From the NCBI RefSeq assembly GCF_001194135.2, contig NC_068993.1, positions 1,998,254 through 2,062,253 on the forward strand: 64,000 nucleotides of DNA, in the 5' to 3' direction. Positions 12,151 to 25,147 of the stretch are shown piece by piece. Under the pieces are notes generated by a model. It was not told the DNA's origin, searched no databases, and was given only the letters and a program-made list of their open reading frames with translations. Source of the DNA: Octopus bimaculoides. Taxonomy: Eukaryota. Numbering within the stretch: position 1 is the stretch's first letter; each line of letters opens with the position of its first letter. The position numbers were made by a program, and so were the translations under genes.

Positions 12151-13945
12151 CCACCAACCCTTCCAGATTTTCTTAACTAGTAACGTGATTCTGATAGAAT
12201 ATTTAAATTCTTAATACATACAAAACTATAATATTTGCTAAGATATCCAGAACTTAAAAACTGGGAAAATGTATCATAAAACATTGTATGTAATAATTGG
12301 AAGAACGTGTGAATTCACTGCTTCGAATTTATACTTTATTATATTATTCTTGGAAATATGAAGAGCAAAAATAAAATCGGCAGGATTTGGATTAAAAAAC
12401 TGTATAGTATGGGAAATGAGCATTGAAGAATGACATATTAACTTGTTAAAATTAGACAATACTATATAAATTATTTCATCATCACCACTTGGATAGTTGG
12501 ATGATGGGCGGATGGTTGGCATCAAAGGTGATTCTGGTGTTGTTGTCTTATATCATAATAGTATCAACTAATTGCAGTAATGTCTCATCTACGAAAGTGT
12601 TTTCCATTCACTATTGCTATAAATAAACAGCTAGATCACAAGAGACCAGTGACGGTCGGCATTGGGGAAAAGAAATCTGTTTCGTCTCTGAATGTTTAAA
12701 ATTTGATTTTTAGCTTCCGTTGAGAGTTAAATAGAAAACGTTTCACCCAATTTCGCTTCGTAGTACGTGTGTTGCGGACCCGAGCAAAATAACTTATTTA
12801 CAGAATATCATACAATTTTTATAAAATCTAATTTAAATTCAGATGTTGATTAATGAATCTAAAGAGAACAATAGTTGTCCTCACATCCTATTAAGGTATT
12901 TCTCGGCGTTTCAAATATATGCATTTGTAGGTGAAGGGCTTGGTGACTCAGAATGATTCTAAAATACATCTCGAACACACAAAAATCAAAGTCAAGACTT
13001 TAAAAAATGCAAGGTTTAAACTAAAAAATTAGAGATGTGGAACGAAATTGTTTTAAAAGCGTTTTACTTTTTTCTGTCACACTGTCTACCGACTTACACA
13101 TTTCTATAAATTTTGCTAAACCACTTTTCACTCAGTAAATTTCTTCACACGTACTTTGCAATTATGGAGGGTTAAATCATGCACATAAAGTGAATAAATT
13201 TTAATGTCACACATACATTTTTGAACAGCATAAAATAAGTGTTGACGCCATTCTCTTACTTTGATTGAAAGAGAGTCGTTTACCTTCTATCACGCGATGC
13301 TGGAGTGTTTTAATCAACACACCACTTAAATATAATTATGTTCATCACAATTTGGAACAATCGTATGTCTATTACATTTCATTAATCTAGCAATGATAAA
13401 TTGTGAATAGAAGTCAACATGAAAATTGCTTGATGGTCTAAAAAGAATCATATTTTTCATTTATACAAAAGCCATATCTAAATATGGCTTCATGTAAAAA
13501 CGTCTGTAATATTTATTTGGTACTTTTGTGTAAAAAATGTGTCTTTCTAGATCTTCAAGAGAAAGGCTTTTGGGCTGATGGAATAATGAAGAGGCTTAGA
13601 TGATTGAGGAAATACACAGTACGCATAAAAATATTCTTTGGTTTCAAACTTTCATACGACATTAATTTAAATGAAGAATTTTCAAAGATATTTTGTTTAA
13701 AATAGAGTTAAGTTCAGATATTGAATGGAAACATTTGAAAACTTGAAAAGAGAAGCCAAAATTTTCACCAGAATAATTCGAAAAAGTAATTCATTATCCA
13801 AAAGTCTGAAGAGAAATTTAATATTACAGAGCTAAGAAAATGGGAAGCCTTTCTTGTAATTATTGAAAACTTTCTCGACGACTATAGAGTTTGAAGAATA
13901 TGCTAATTGCTAGTGGAAAGACTGTATATGAAGTAGTGAAGCAAC

Positions 13946-14082
13946 TGAATTCGAATTATGGAAATTCCTTCATCGTTTTGGACCTGATAAAATAAAGTAC
14001 CCGTAGACTGTTGGGATCGATGGGTGGTTTCGACTTACACCTGTGCATTAAGTTTGTTGGCCTTGTGCCAAATGAGAAAGAC
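13946..14082 (+). mobile_element. tRNA-derived SINE (diverged) with microsatellite tail
   Basis: ttccttcatcgttttggacctgataaaataaagtacc..gggatcgatg..ggccttgtgccaaa aligns to the 29353 copy; followed by (TAG)n/(CAG)n. Confidence 0.65.
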
Positions 14083-14092
14083 TTGTTATTAT

Positions 14093-14127
<35 letters not shown>

Positions 14128-14129
14128 AT

Positions 14130-14164
<35 letters not shown>

Positions 14165-15384
14165 TATTATTATTATTAGTAGTAGTAGGGTGAAAGTAAC
14201 GTAATAGATGAAAATAAATATGAGGAGGAAGAAGGATTTGAACTTGTTGAGATGGTGAATTCACGGAGACAGAGAAGAAAGAATCGAGAGAGAGAAAAGA
14301 AGAAGAAGGGAGCGGGCCTTACATCTCCATAATTGGTATTTGTTGGCAAAGGTGGGCATTGGAAGTGAATTGAGGGAGCAGGTGCAATAGAAGTTTTTGA
14401 AGTGAAAGAAAAGTGGCGCAGAGGATAAGAAAGAAATAAGAGGGAACAGAAGAAGAAATGAAAGAAATCCGTTGAAAGAATGTTCTGTGAAGTGACGAGA
14501 AATAAGAGATGGTGGAGGGGGAGGCGGTGAAGGTGTGTTGGTACTTGAGAAGAATACTGGAAAATCTCGAAGGTTGTGTTCGTTCAATAGAACAAGGAAG
14601 CGTTAAGGTGTGGGGACAAAGAAAATATTAAAAAAATAGCAAATGTAAAAAGCAAAAGAAGAAGTATAGAAGAGACTGAAAGTGAAAGAACGGTTGATGA
14701 AGCAAATCTGGATATCACACTTGTATATGATTCAATCCTTTCAGTATTTTGTTTATGGAAATTAATTTAAGATAAAAAAAAGGAAAGAAAAATATTTTCT
14801 GCGTCAATTTCGCATGAAATTTTCTTTGCTGCTATTTTTGTTATAGTTTTTGTTGTTGTTACTCTTATCCTTGCTATTGGTGATGATAATTGTGATGGTG
14901 CTGTTGTTGTTGATGTTGTTGTTACTTAAAGTGTCCTTTGGGCAGCGAGAATTTGCAATTTCTGTTTTCTGTTATTATTACAAAATTGACAGCCGTTTCT
15001 CACAGAAATGGTTGGTGCTGTTCTCATGCTTTATTGCAAGTGAATTTGCAGTGCACTGACCAAACCAGTTTGGAATGGCTTGAAAAGACATTGACACAAC
15101 GTCCACATTCTTGATTACATAATTACAAAACAATAGAATAACTGAACGGATGATCGAAATGCATTGGCTCAAAATGTGATTGGATTTTGATTTCAAACTT
15201 ATCTTCATTGATCCTCATCAATCGACACCAAGAGCAAATGGTCGCACCACTCACACACATTGCCACTTCCATAATTAATTGTAGTTACGTGGGATTAATT
15301 ACGCTTTCATAATTAATTGTAGTAATGTGTTCTGTGATGAGTCCTGGCCGTCTGCGGAATTTGTATCCTTGGGCAGAATTTGAA

Positions 15385-15594
15385 CTCCCAAAATTTCAGG
15401 CCATGAACCTATAGTAGAAAAGATCATTATTAGGCCGGACAAAATGTTTAGCAGCATTTCGTCCGTTTTTATGTTCTGAGTTCAAATTCCGCTGAGGTCG
15501 ACTTTACATATCATCCCTTAGAGGGTCTATAAAATAAGTAGCAATTGAGTAATTGGCTTACCCCTTCCCCGAAACTTGTTGCTCTTGTACCAAA

Positions 15595-15595
<1 letters not shown>
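15385..15595 (+). mobile_element. Two abutting SINE copies (3' end of one at 15385-15432, second at 15433-15595) followed by (ATT)n
   Basis: cccaaaatttcaggcc..cctatagtagaaaagatcattatt, then aaaatgtttagcagcatttcgtccgtttttatgttctgagttcaaattccgctgaggtcgacttt. Confidence 0.8.
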
Positions 15596-15639
<44 letters not shown>

Positions 15640-15769
15640 ATCAACCATTCACACGGGTGAATTCGAAGTAAGCAAACCTCACTTCTGACACTCGCTTGTC
15701 TTACTGTAAATCCCATAAGCATAGCTTTGGCCTCTACCTACGAATAATACCAACTGTCTACTTATGATC

Positions 15770-15865
15770 GGGTGGACTGTTCAGGAAAGTAATATTTCTC
15801 TTGATCAGGAACACAGCTCGATGGAAGTCATCGACCTTTCAGATGACAATTTGACACTTTACTAA
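15770..15865 (-). mobile_element. tRNA-SINE head remnant (same class as 21721)
   Basis: gggtggactg..aaagtaatatttctcttgatcaggaacaca resembles the reverse complement of the ccttgagcaagatactttatttcacg..cactc core at 21790-21830. Confidence 0.45.
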
Positions 15866-17376
15866 CTTATACAATTATTAAATTCGATAATTCCTCAATG
15901 TTTTTACTCTGTTGCGTTTCTGTGATCAAGCCTGACCAGCGTTGCTTTAACCTTTCATCCACAGTGGGGGATCGATGAAATATGTATAAATACAGCATCG
16001 TGATAACTGGACCATATGCTTGTTTAGTGCATTATTCCACCAAAACAAGCATTCCCAGTTGACTACTTCAATCGCATTGGTCTGGCAAAGCCACAGCTGA
16101 ACAGTAAACCAGCAACAAAAGCAACGACAATTACGATAATAATACAGAGATAGCGGAAAACCTATGTCTGCTCAAATATATAAATTCGCAAATACTGTTT
16201 GGTAACGGAAATGTTTAAAAGACTTCTTGGAATGCAATAAAAGAAAAAAGGTTTCTGTAGTAGTTGTAATAGTAGTAATAGCGGTCGTGGTGGTGGTGGT
16301 CGTAGTAGAAATTTAACTGATCAATTTAATGTAACAATTAAACCAGATCAATTTTTCTGTTTAATATAATTAAATTATCCTGATGTGTTTACTTTCTTTT
16401 TATTGTCGTTTCTACGTCTAGCGAGGTAAAAATACCTCGCTAGACCTATGAAATGATAAATAAAACATAAAGCTGTTGTTCGCAGAAATTTAGATCTAAG
16501 TTCTACTAAGTACCGTTTGACCTTTTATGTTGTTTATATATATATATATATATNNNNNNNNNNNNNNNNNNNNNNNNNNNNNNNNNNNNNNNNNNNNNNN
16601 NNNNNNNNNNNNNNNNNNNNNNNNNNNNNNNNNNNNNNNNNNNNNNNNNNNNNNNNNNNNNNNNNNNNNNNNNNNNNNNNNNNNNNNNNNNNNNNNNNNN
16701 NNNNNNNNNNNNNNNNNNNNNNNNNNNNNNNNNNNNNNNNNNNNNNNNNNNNNNNNNNNNNNNNNNNNNNNNNNNNNNNNNNNNNNNNNNNNNNNNNNNN
16801 NNNNNNNNNNNNNNNNNNNNNNNNNNNNNNNNNNNNNNNNNNNNNNNNNNNNNNNNNNNNNNNNNNNNNNNNNNNNNNNNNNNNNNNNNNNNNNNNNNNN
16901 NNNNNNNNNNNNNNNNNNNNNNNNNNNNNNNNNNNNNNNNNNNNNNNNNNNNNNNNNNNNNNNNNNNNNNNNNNNNNNNNNNNNNNNNNNNNNNNNNNNN
17001 NNNNNNNNNNNNNNNNNNNNNNNNNNNNNNNNNNNNNNNNNNNNNNNNNNNNNNNNNNNNNNNNNNNNNNNNNNNNNNNNNNNNNNNNNNNNNNNNATAT
17101 ATGTATATATATATATATATTGACTGAAGAAATTATGGCTTAGAATATTTACTCGGCATTCTATTGCAGGAGAAGTCCTCTATCAATTTGACTGTACCTC
17201 TGCTCCATCAAGGCTACCATTGGTTAAATAACAACAGCAAGAAGTAATAACGAGAGCAATAATAAGAGAATGACGGGAACAAGCTTCTAAGTATTCTGTT
17301 AACCTACTAGAAATAGGAGTCTAAGTTCCCTCTTAACACATGCTACTGTCATTAAAACGCCAGGAAAATTTTTATT

Positions 17377-17515
17377 TATTTATTGCCCACAAGGGGCTAA
17401 ACATAGAGGGGACAAACAAGGACAGACAAAGGGACTAAGTCGACCCCAATGCAAAGTCAACTTCGGCGGAATTTGAACTCGCCTGGCGAGCTGACGATTC
17501 TGCTAGCTCGCCGCC
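17377..17515 (-). mobile_element. tRNA-derived SINE with internal deletions
   Basis: tattgcccacaaggggctaaacatagaggggacaaacaaggacagac..caaagtcaacttcggcggaatttgaactc..acgattctgctagctcgccgcc; shares its head with 308-414 and 3785-3976. Confidence 0.8.
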
Positions 17516-17749
17516 TAACGCGAGGAAATTTGAAAGAATCGATCTCGATATGTTGTTGGAAAGAAAAATTGCATGTGATGGTCACGGCCGGAATGGTTTT
17601 TGATTATGTGTTTATTTGCTTAGATCTGACTGGAGGAGTGGTTTGTGCCTAGTGAAAAGGAGTCAATATTTCAAACATATTTGTTCCGTAATTATAGTTA
17701 CGATAATAGCAACACGGAAGAGAAGAGCGGCACCACGAGCAGCAGCAGA

Positions 17750-17790
<41 letters not shown>

Positions 17791-18339
17791 AAGGCAATTA
17801 AAAAAAAGAAAGAAAAAGAAAGAAACTATTATTGCTGTAAAAAGTGCAATATTAGCAACAACAAAGTTATCATTGTTACATTATTTCGAATTTATTGGTA
17901 GAGAATCATCTGCATCTGAAATAGCGATATTTGCTGTTGATACGGCTTTGATCTTAGCATTGAACTCGTGGTAATCATTATATTTGATATCACTGTTGTT
18001 GCTGCTGTGGTTGTTGTTGTTGTTGATTATGGCGGAGAGCTAGAAATGTGGTAGAAAAGTGGAGCTTAGAGACAGAAAGAGAGAGAGAGTAAGAGAGAGT
18101 AAGAGAGAATAAGTGAGATAAGAGCTTTAAGAAGAAGTGAAGAAAGAGAAAAGAGAGTTCAATACAAATAGACAGAAATAGAGGGGGAGGGGGATGAAAA
18201 AAGCAGGTCATGTCAAGGGAATTATAGAGGTAAGCTGTTTTAAAACTGTTGTTATTGATTTTTTGGAGAGCTACAACCAGACACAAGGATACGATTAGAT
18301 GAACGCACGCATTGTAGATGAATAGAAGCGAACACACGC

Positions 18340-18385
18340 ACTCATGTTTGAGCGCATGTGTATGTGTGTGTGTGCATATATATAT

Positions 18386-18431
<46 letters not shown>

Positions 18432-18465
18432 GTATATATACATACATATATATATACACACACGA

Positions 18466-18528
<63 letters not shown>

Positions 18529-18658
18529 CATATATATACACACACACGAATACACACATACATATATTTACTGATTCTGTCGAACACATGATTATATACA
18601 TACATGCTTGTATAATGCATACATACATACATACCATAGATACATATGTGTGTGTGTG

Positions 18659-18692
<34 letters not shown>
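18340..18692. repeat. Compound (CA)n/(TA)n/(TG)n microsatellite block
   Basis: Seen directly; explains six overlapping ORFs. Confidence 0.95.
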
Positions 18693-18694
<2 letters not shown>

Positions 18695-19603
18695 GATATA
18701 AAGAACTAGAAGCTGGGCAACAGTGTATCGAAGAAAAAGGAAATGACATTAGAACGGTGATTGATGATTATACAAGACCTGATTAATTCTGAAGTTCACG
18801 GAGACAGAATAACAAGTTTTTTGGTATTTTGCAGTCGTGACATGCAAATACATCAAATCACTTAGTTGCTGTACAGTTGATATGCCAATATTTACAGTGT
18901 AATGGGAGAAGGCTACGTCAACGTATCCATCAGATAATGTTATAGTTGAGGTTAGAAAACGATTTGAAAAATTGATGTTGCGCCATGTTTTGTATGGAGA
19001 ATCAGTACAAATTTTTACCAGCAGTTACTCTGCTCGTACATATCACATGTCGTATTAATGACATAAGGCTATGAATTTATCGACAAGGGAAAGTGATTAG
19101 GCGACGTTCGTGATTTTATGCATGTGATAGGTATAAGGGTGACTGACATCCAACAGGAATACAAACACTTTCGTTCGTTATTTGATTCTTATGTTTAAAA
19201 AGAATTTGGTACTGTTAGAAATGATCTTCCATGATTATAAGATGATAATAATAGCTGTCCACTCATGACCGAGGAAGACCATCTCTGACCTCTAAGAACA
19301 CTGAACACTTGAACAAAATTATTACTTTGCACTTCTGTCTCCGCTGCTGACTAATGAACACCAACGCCCGGTCGACATTACATGTTCATAGACATTGCAA
19401 ACTCAGCTTCCTTCTTCGCTACACTGACAATGGGTCTTCGAGCAGTGGCTGGTTTAAATTCTGCAGGAATAATGCAGGTTCTTTATCGAAAATACCCACT
19501 TCTTCCTTTCCTTATTTTCTCCAATGGTAGCGAAGAAATGCTGGCGTTGGGTTTTGAAGAATTATACAGTAGAAACATCCATTATGCAGTAGACACATGC
19601 GTT

Positions 19604-19604
<1 letters not shown>

Positions 19605-19634
<30 letters not shown>

Positions 19635-19891
19635 CCATCCATCCATCCATCCATCCATCCATCCATTCATCCATCCATCCATCCGTCCATCCATACATAC
19701 ATCCTTGTATACATACATCTATGCATAGATACATACGCACACATGCGCGCGCACACACTACACACATGCATACACAAACACTTGTGCATACACGCACACA
19801 CCCAGAAGGTAACATGATTCTCATTACATTCTTGAATTTATGGACTTGTCCCTTAAAAGATAATTACAATAACAATCTCTCTCTCACTATC

Positions 19892-19956
<65 letters not shown>

Positions 19957-20271
19957 GTATGAATATAAATATGTGTGTGTGCATGTGTGTGTGTGTATCT
20001 GCATGCATGTCTATGTGTTTCTGCATTTGTAAAGACATAGACACGACACAGACGCCCGTAGACGCACATACAGAAATCTAGACATACAGATAGACTAAGA
20101 GGTAGGTAGACAGACGGATAGACAGACAGACAGACATACAGACAGACAGACAGACAAACAGATAGACAGACAGACAGACAAATAGATAGATAGAAATATA
20201 GATAGATAAATTGATAGATAGATGGATAGATAGATAGATAGATGGATAGATAGATAGATAGATAGATAGAT

Positions 20272-20302
<31 letters not shown>

Positions 20303-20335
20303 AAGACAGATAGATAGATAGATACAGAGAGATAG
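19605..20335. repeat. Tetranucleotide microsatellite cluster: (ATCC)n about 19605-19695, (ATCT)n about 19888-19955, (GACA/GATA)n about 20080-20335
   Basis: Seen directly. Confidence 0.93.
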
Positions 20336-21720
20336 CGAAGTTATGGACAGTTATATGCTTGTGTCTGAGGAATTAAAAAATAAATTAGGTACTCGGTGGA
20401 AAAAGTGCGAAAAATAAGTGAAGTAAATAAGAAGCAGATGAAGTCGGATGCACTGGTATGTCTGTTAGTATAATTAGCTGCAGCATTTTCATTTCGCCAT
20501 TTTAAGAACAAACTATAAGAACAGCTAATAAAAGCAAGATAGTTTGAGAGATAATAGCGTTGCAGGAAGTGCAGCGTAGAGCACAGGTGGCGTCGATAAT
20601 GCGAAAATAGAATTGTAATACAAATAAATATGGTAAAGTTGAATCAGCAGAGGTGAGTATGTAGATAACCTTAAAGCTATTGGTAAATGCAGCTGTGTTT
20701 ATTCGACAGAAAAGAGGAAGAGAGAAAAGTTCCACTAGTTTTCTATCTGCATAGCTAAACGTTTCAGCAGTTTTAGAGAGGAAGAAGATAAAAAGTAGCA
20801 TAAAGTAAATTTAAATAGGTAGACTGCACAGAGTTTTGCTGAATAATGCAAAGACAAATGAAATCTTTTAAGAGATTGTTTGACAATAAAGAGATTCTTT
20901 TTGTTATTTTTAGCGACGGTGAAACCTCGGTACGGTCGTTCGACTTGTAAGAAGTAACAGCGAAATCACTCTCAAATCAGACGCTAGCGTTTTAAGAAGT
21001 TGAAGAGTTTTGCATTGGTTAATGTTCACATTGATATACTGTGTTTGAGTAAAAGACGAGATGATCATGGTTGGAATAGCTTTGATAATAGCTTTATTCA
21101 ATTGGAGATGACATCGAGCAAAGCACGAAAAGAAAGCAGTTGACAATATACATAGAGGGATAAGTAGTTAGACAGATAAATGAATAAATAGATCGACAAA
21201 TAAATAAATGTATGGAGAGTTAGGTAGCTAAGTACTTAGATAAGGAGAGAGGTGATTTGAGTTATTGTCTGTGGGTGTCAGGTGTGCTTAGGTTGGAACA
21301 TTTAACCGTTTTTCTTCAGCTAGTCTCCATGCCCATGAAGTGTTTACACGTCAAAAGTCTGGCAGATAAAATAAAGCGTAACTGGCCAGGAGAAACCGAT
21401 GCATGTCCACGATGTCTCGCAGTGGCTTGGATTTACTTTCAAGGACATTTTATTGCATTTCTTATACAATCTCACCACGAATTTCCGTGGAATCTGTTCT
21501 CTTGGTTTTGATATTTTTCGTAAGATATGTAATGTGTAGATTCTAATATTTTATTAGAATGTAACTGTATAGAATATGATTGTGTATAAACCGTGGTTGT
21601 TGGTGGAGTCTTGCTACGCCTCCTGGTGGTGAGTGTCGGTTTGTTGACGCATTGAATGTGCTGCGTTGGTTAAACAGGGTTCTGTTGATTATATGTTATG
21701 TTGATTGAGTTACTTTATAC

Positions 21721-22026
21721 GGTGAAGGCGCGTAACTTAATTGTTAGGAGATATTCGACTCACAGCCGTAAGGTCATGAATTCGATATCCCTTGAGCAAG
21801 ATACTTTATTTCACGTTACTCCTTCACTCAGCTGGCAAAAGTGAGCAATACCTGTATTTAAAAGGGCCAGCCTTGTCACATTCTGTGTCACGCTGAAGTG
21901 CCCCGAGAACTATGTTAATGGTAGGTGTCTGTGGAGAGGTCAACCTTTTGCACGTTAATTTCTTAATCTGGCTGTTCCGTTAATCGGAGCAACTGGAACG
22001 CTCGTCGTCGTAAACGACGGATACCC
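21721..22026 (+). mobile_element. tRNA-derived SINE of a second family, near full length
   Basis: Degenerate A/B-box head (gaaggcgcgtaacttaattgttagg..catgaattcgatatcc), ccttgagcaagatactttatttcacg core, cactcagctggcaaaagtgag, and 3' cgtcgtcgtaaacgacgg. Confidence 0.8.
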
Positions 22027-22543
22027 AGTATAATATTTCACTGAATGAGAATTGTATAACAAAAGGGTGTATAACTTCTGTAGATATTTACTCTACTAAT
22101 AATGCTATCAAATTGAAGGTGCATTGCGTTTGATGCAGGTTGTACACAAGAGGCCTTTTTAAAGTCAAGCAGATTTGCAAGCCAAAGTGTGGTTCCATTT
22201 TACTCTTGTGATCAAGGGTTGGTTATTTGGATTGGTTTCATTTTAATATCCAACATCTTGCTCACTTGCATTTCAAAATACTTGATTAGATTGTCGACTT
22301 ACGAATAGTCTTCAGGTTATATTTTTACAATGGAGTCAGATGTCTACCAATGTTTGGACATTTTCGATTTTGCTCTTGACAATTACACCTCAACGGTTCA
22401 TCTCGAACTATTCAACACTCTTACAGGCAAGACACAAATTAATGTAGCCACATCATTATCATATACTGTATTTAATAGAAGCTACCAGAAGTTTTACCCA
22501 GTACGGAAAATAGATTCATATCACACACACACACACACACACA

Positions 22544-22617
<74 letters not shown>

Positions 22618-23321
22618 CACATACACATTCACTATGACGATTTCGACTGAAGAAATTTTAAGAGGTCTCCACCGAGATTTGAATTGACGACCAATATAGG
22701 AGAATCTAATTGCTCAAATGCATTGGAATCGTTGCTCTGCGATTCCAGTCATCTGCGTCCTTCTGCTATCATAATTAATATTAAGTACAATATGCACAAT
22801 ATGTCCCGTTCGGTGACATAAAAATTAATTTTAATTTCATTAGATTCTTTTCTATTTGTATAGATTTCATATCTGTATATATATTATATATTTATATATC
22901 CGTGTGACAGATTGATGTAAATTCTGTATTGAATTTCAATCTTGGAAAGGAGAGAGAAGCCCAAGCCATAATTTACTACCAGTATTGGTCTAGTTACAGT
23001 ATAGCACAGATCTCAGAACAATGAAATTAATTAAACAAGATTAATTAACCAATGCAATAAGTGTTCTTTAACATTACGCTAACATGATCTTAATGTGGTC
23101 AGCTAAAACTGACCTAACTTCTATATTAAAATGTCAGCAGCAGTGGTAAGATAATCATTATAGACTCCAAGAATGAATTATGCAATGACCGAATTATGAC
23201 CGTTCCTTCTCCATTAATGCCACATACCCATTCATCATAGTAATAAGCAACATCATTGCTACCACGATCTTTTGTTGCAGCAGCTATAATATCAAGCATA
23301 GGCAGACATGAACCCGTTAAT

Positions 23322-23395
23322 CTGAGGAGAGGGAGAGTTAGTTGACCTCTGTACTTCACTGGTATTTTGATTCATAGACCCTAGAAGGATGAAAA
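23322..23395 (-). mobile_element. SINE 3' remnant
   Basis: gagagttagttgacctctgtacttcactggtattttgattcatagaccctagaaggatgaaa parallels atcgaccccagtactcaactggtacttgattcatcgactacgaaagggtga at 3828-3878. Confidence 0.55.
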
Positions 23396-25097
23396 TAGTT
23401 GTTTGCCGCAGGGTTTGATGAGAAAGACATGAAAATAAGTGGAGAGGAAACGCACAAACAACTAGAATGCATTTCTAAATTGTATAAGAGGGAACAGTCG
23501 ACGGAATATATCCAAGTGCAGGACTGGTACTTACTTGATGGACCTCATCGACGAAATACAAAATTCATGGTTCATATGGGTATAATTAAAAGTTTCAAAT
23601 ATTTAAAACCTTGCCTTATTGATACTGCTGATTTATCTTCTACTCTTATGTAAATAAAATCGTATATAGCACAAGTAGAAAGATATACTTTTCAACGAGT
23701 AAATACTGATGGAGCAGAATATATTGGATAAAATCATTACAGAGCAGAAGAATATGTCAGCAACCAGCCATGTTCTATCAATATTTACACGTTGAAAAGT
23801 GTCTTTCTAATTGTGCTACAATACATTTCAGCGTTTCAAAAACAAACTAATGTTTGTTTACATATGACGTAAAATCGTATTTTTATTTTAATGCTATCTA
23901 TTTTATTTTAATTGTATATATCTCCAATGCTTTTAAGTTCGCAGGTGAATTTGCTTTGCTCGGTGCAATTGGAAAATGGATATTTTTAAGTGAAAATACA
24001 CAACAAGCAAAACAAATATATTTCATAATAATAATTCAAAATACTTTAAAGATATTTGTTTGAAGCGATTAAAGATGATCCCATTGCAAAAATATTTAAA
24101 GCTAAATCTTTATAATCAGTCAGCATTTATTATGAGTTCTGTTGTAATACCTAATACAAGATTTAGCTGAAGCTGCATTCTTGGAAATAATGGCTGTTAA
24201 ATCCTTCTAAACATTGTTCTGACTACACTGAGGCCTCAGAAATTGAAAACATTTGGTTTTCTACCAGTATAGGAAAATAACATTCGGGAGGAAAGATCTC
24301 AACGGATTTAACTTACAGCAGTAAAGAATATTTGTTTACAAACTGTACCAAATGCCACAACTCAGCGTAACTCTTGCATATAATCTGGCGTTTCCTGTCA
24401 CTGTGACATTGTAAAGAGACGCACAAGTACATGTATCTTAATCAGAAAGATATCTGTTCGGGTGATTTATAGAACAGACCGAAATGTGATTGTATTATGT
24501 TAATTTATTTCTTTAGGATGTGTGGGTAATAGAAAACCGTCTGTACTGCTGGCGTAGGTTACTATAAAATAAGGTATTATTTGTGTTTAGCATTAACTGG
24601 AAATAACATGAAGTTTTGCTTACCAACTTGATGAGTAACTATTATGTTCGTAGGTCTGGAGTATCAGAGAAAACTTGCCCCAGCATGGCCGCAGTCTAAT
24701 GGTTGAAGCAAGTAAAACAATACACTTTATATGAAGAATATCCAAATATTTATATAGATATGTTATTTATATCCCGTAGCAAAATTATTTCTGGCTGAAT
24801 GACAAAAAACAAAAAAACAAAAAAATCATAGGTCAAAATGATTTGAAGAATTTTACTAACAAAAGTGGTTGAAAGGACTGTCGTAATGAAGTTCCTTGTA
24901 GAATTCTGTAGAATCGTTTTATATTTGAACAATAAATTCATTGGAAGCGAATAATTTCCTGAGATGAAAACATATTTATTACTAGAGTTAGATATTTAAA
25001 ACTGCTATTCAATGTATGCTCATAATAATCAGAATTCAATTTTTAATTAATAATACGTTTTCAAACTGTTTCGCCATTATTCTTGCCAGATGGTTAG

Positions 25098-25147
25098 CCA
25101 CGTGACCTACCGAAACAATGACGTCATCGTAAATAATTTGACGTCAT
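25098..25147. promoter_or_regulatory. Candidate enhancer/promoter motif cluster: E-box CACGTG plus two full CRE palindromes
   Basis: CCACGTGAC at 25098-25106, ATGACGTCAT at 25118-25127 and TGACGTCA at 25139-25146. Confidence 0.4.

Noticed and set aside
13469-13490. Small hairpins (9-bp stem here; 9-10-bp stems near 44480 and 47093-47123)
   Set aside because: Stems of this length are expected by chance in 64 kb of AT-rich DNA.
20560-20660. Strong donor AGAG|gtgagt with an upstream acceptor
   Set aside because: All three frames of the bounded segment contain stops; such motifs are expected by chance.
20502-21146. CR1-like RT in the minus-strand ORFs
   Set aside because: 20925-21110 is better explained by the dispersed GAGGGAGATTTGG repeat family; the remainder has no clear RT motif.
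22330-22650. ORF MESDVYQCLDIFDF..
   Set aside because: No recognisable domain or splice boundaries; its length is inflated by a (CA)n tract.
24517-24525. 9-nt micro-exon GATGTGTGG
   Set aside because: Moderate donor (gtaata); too short to distinguish from chance without reads.
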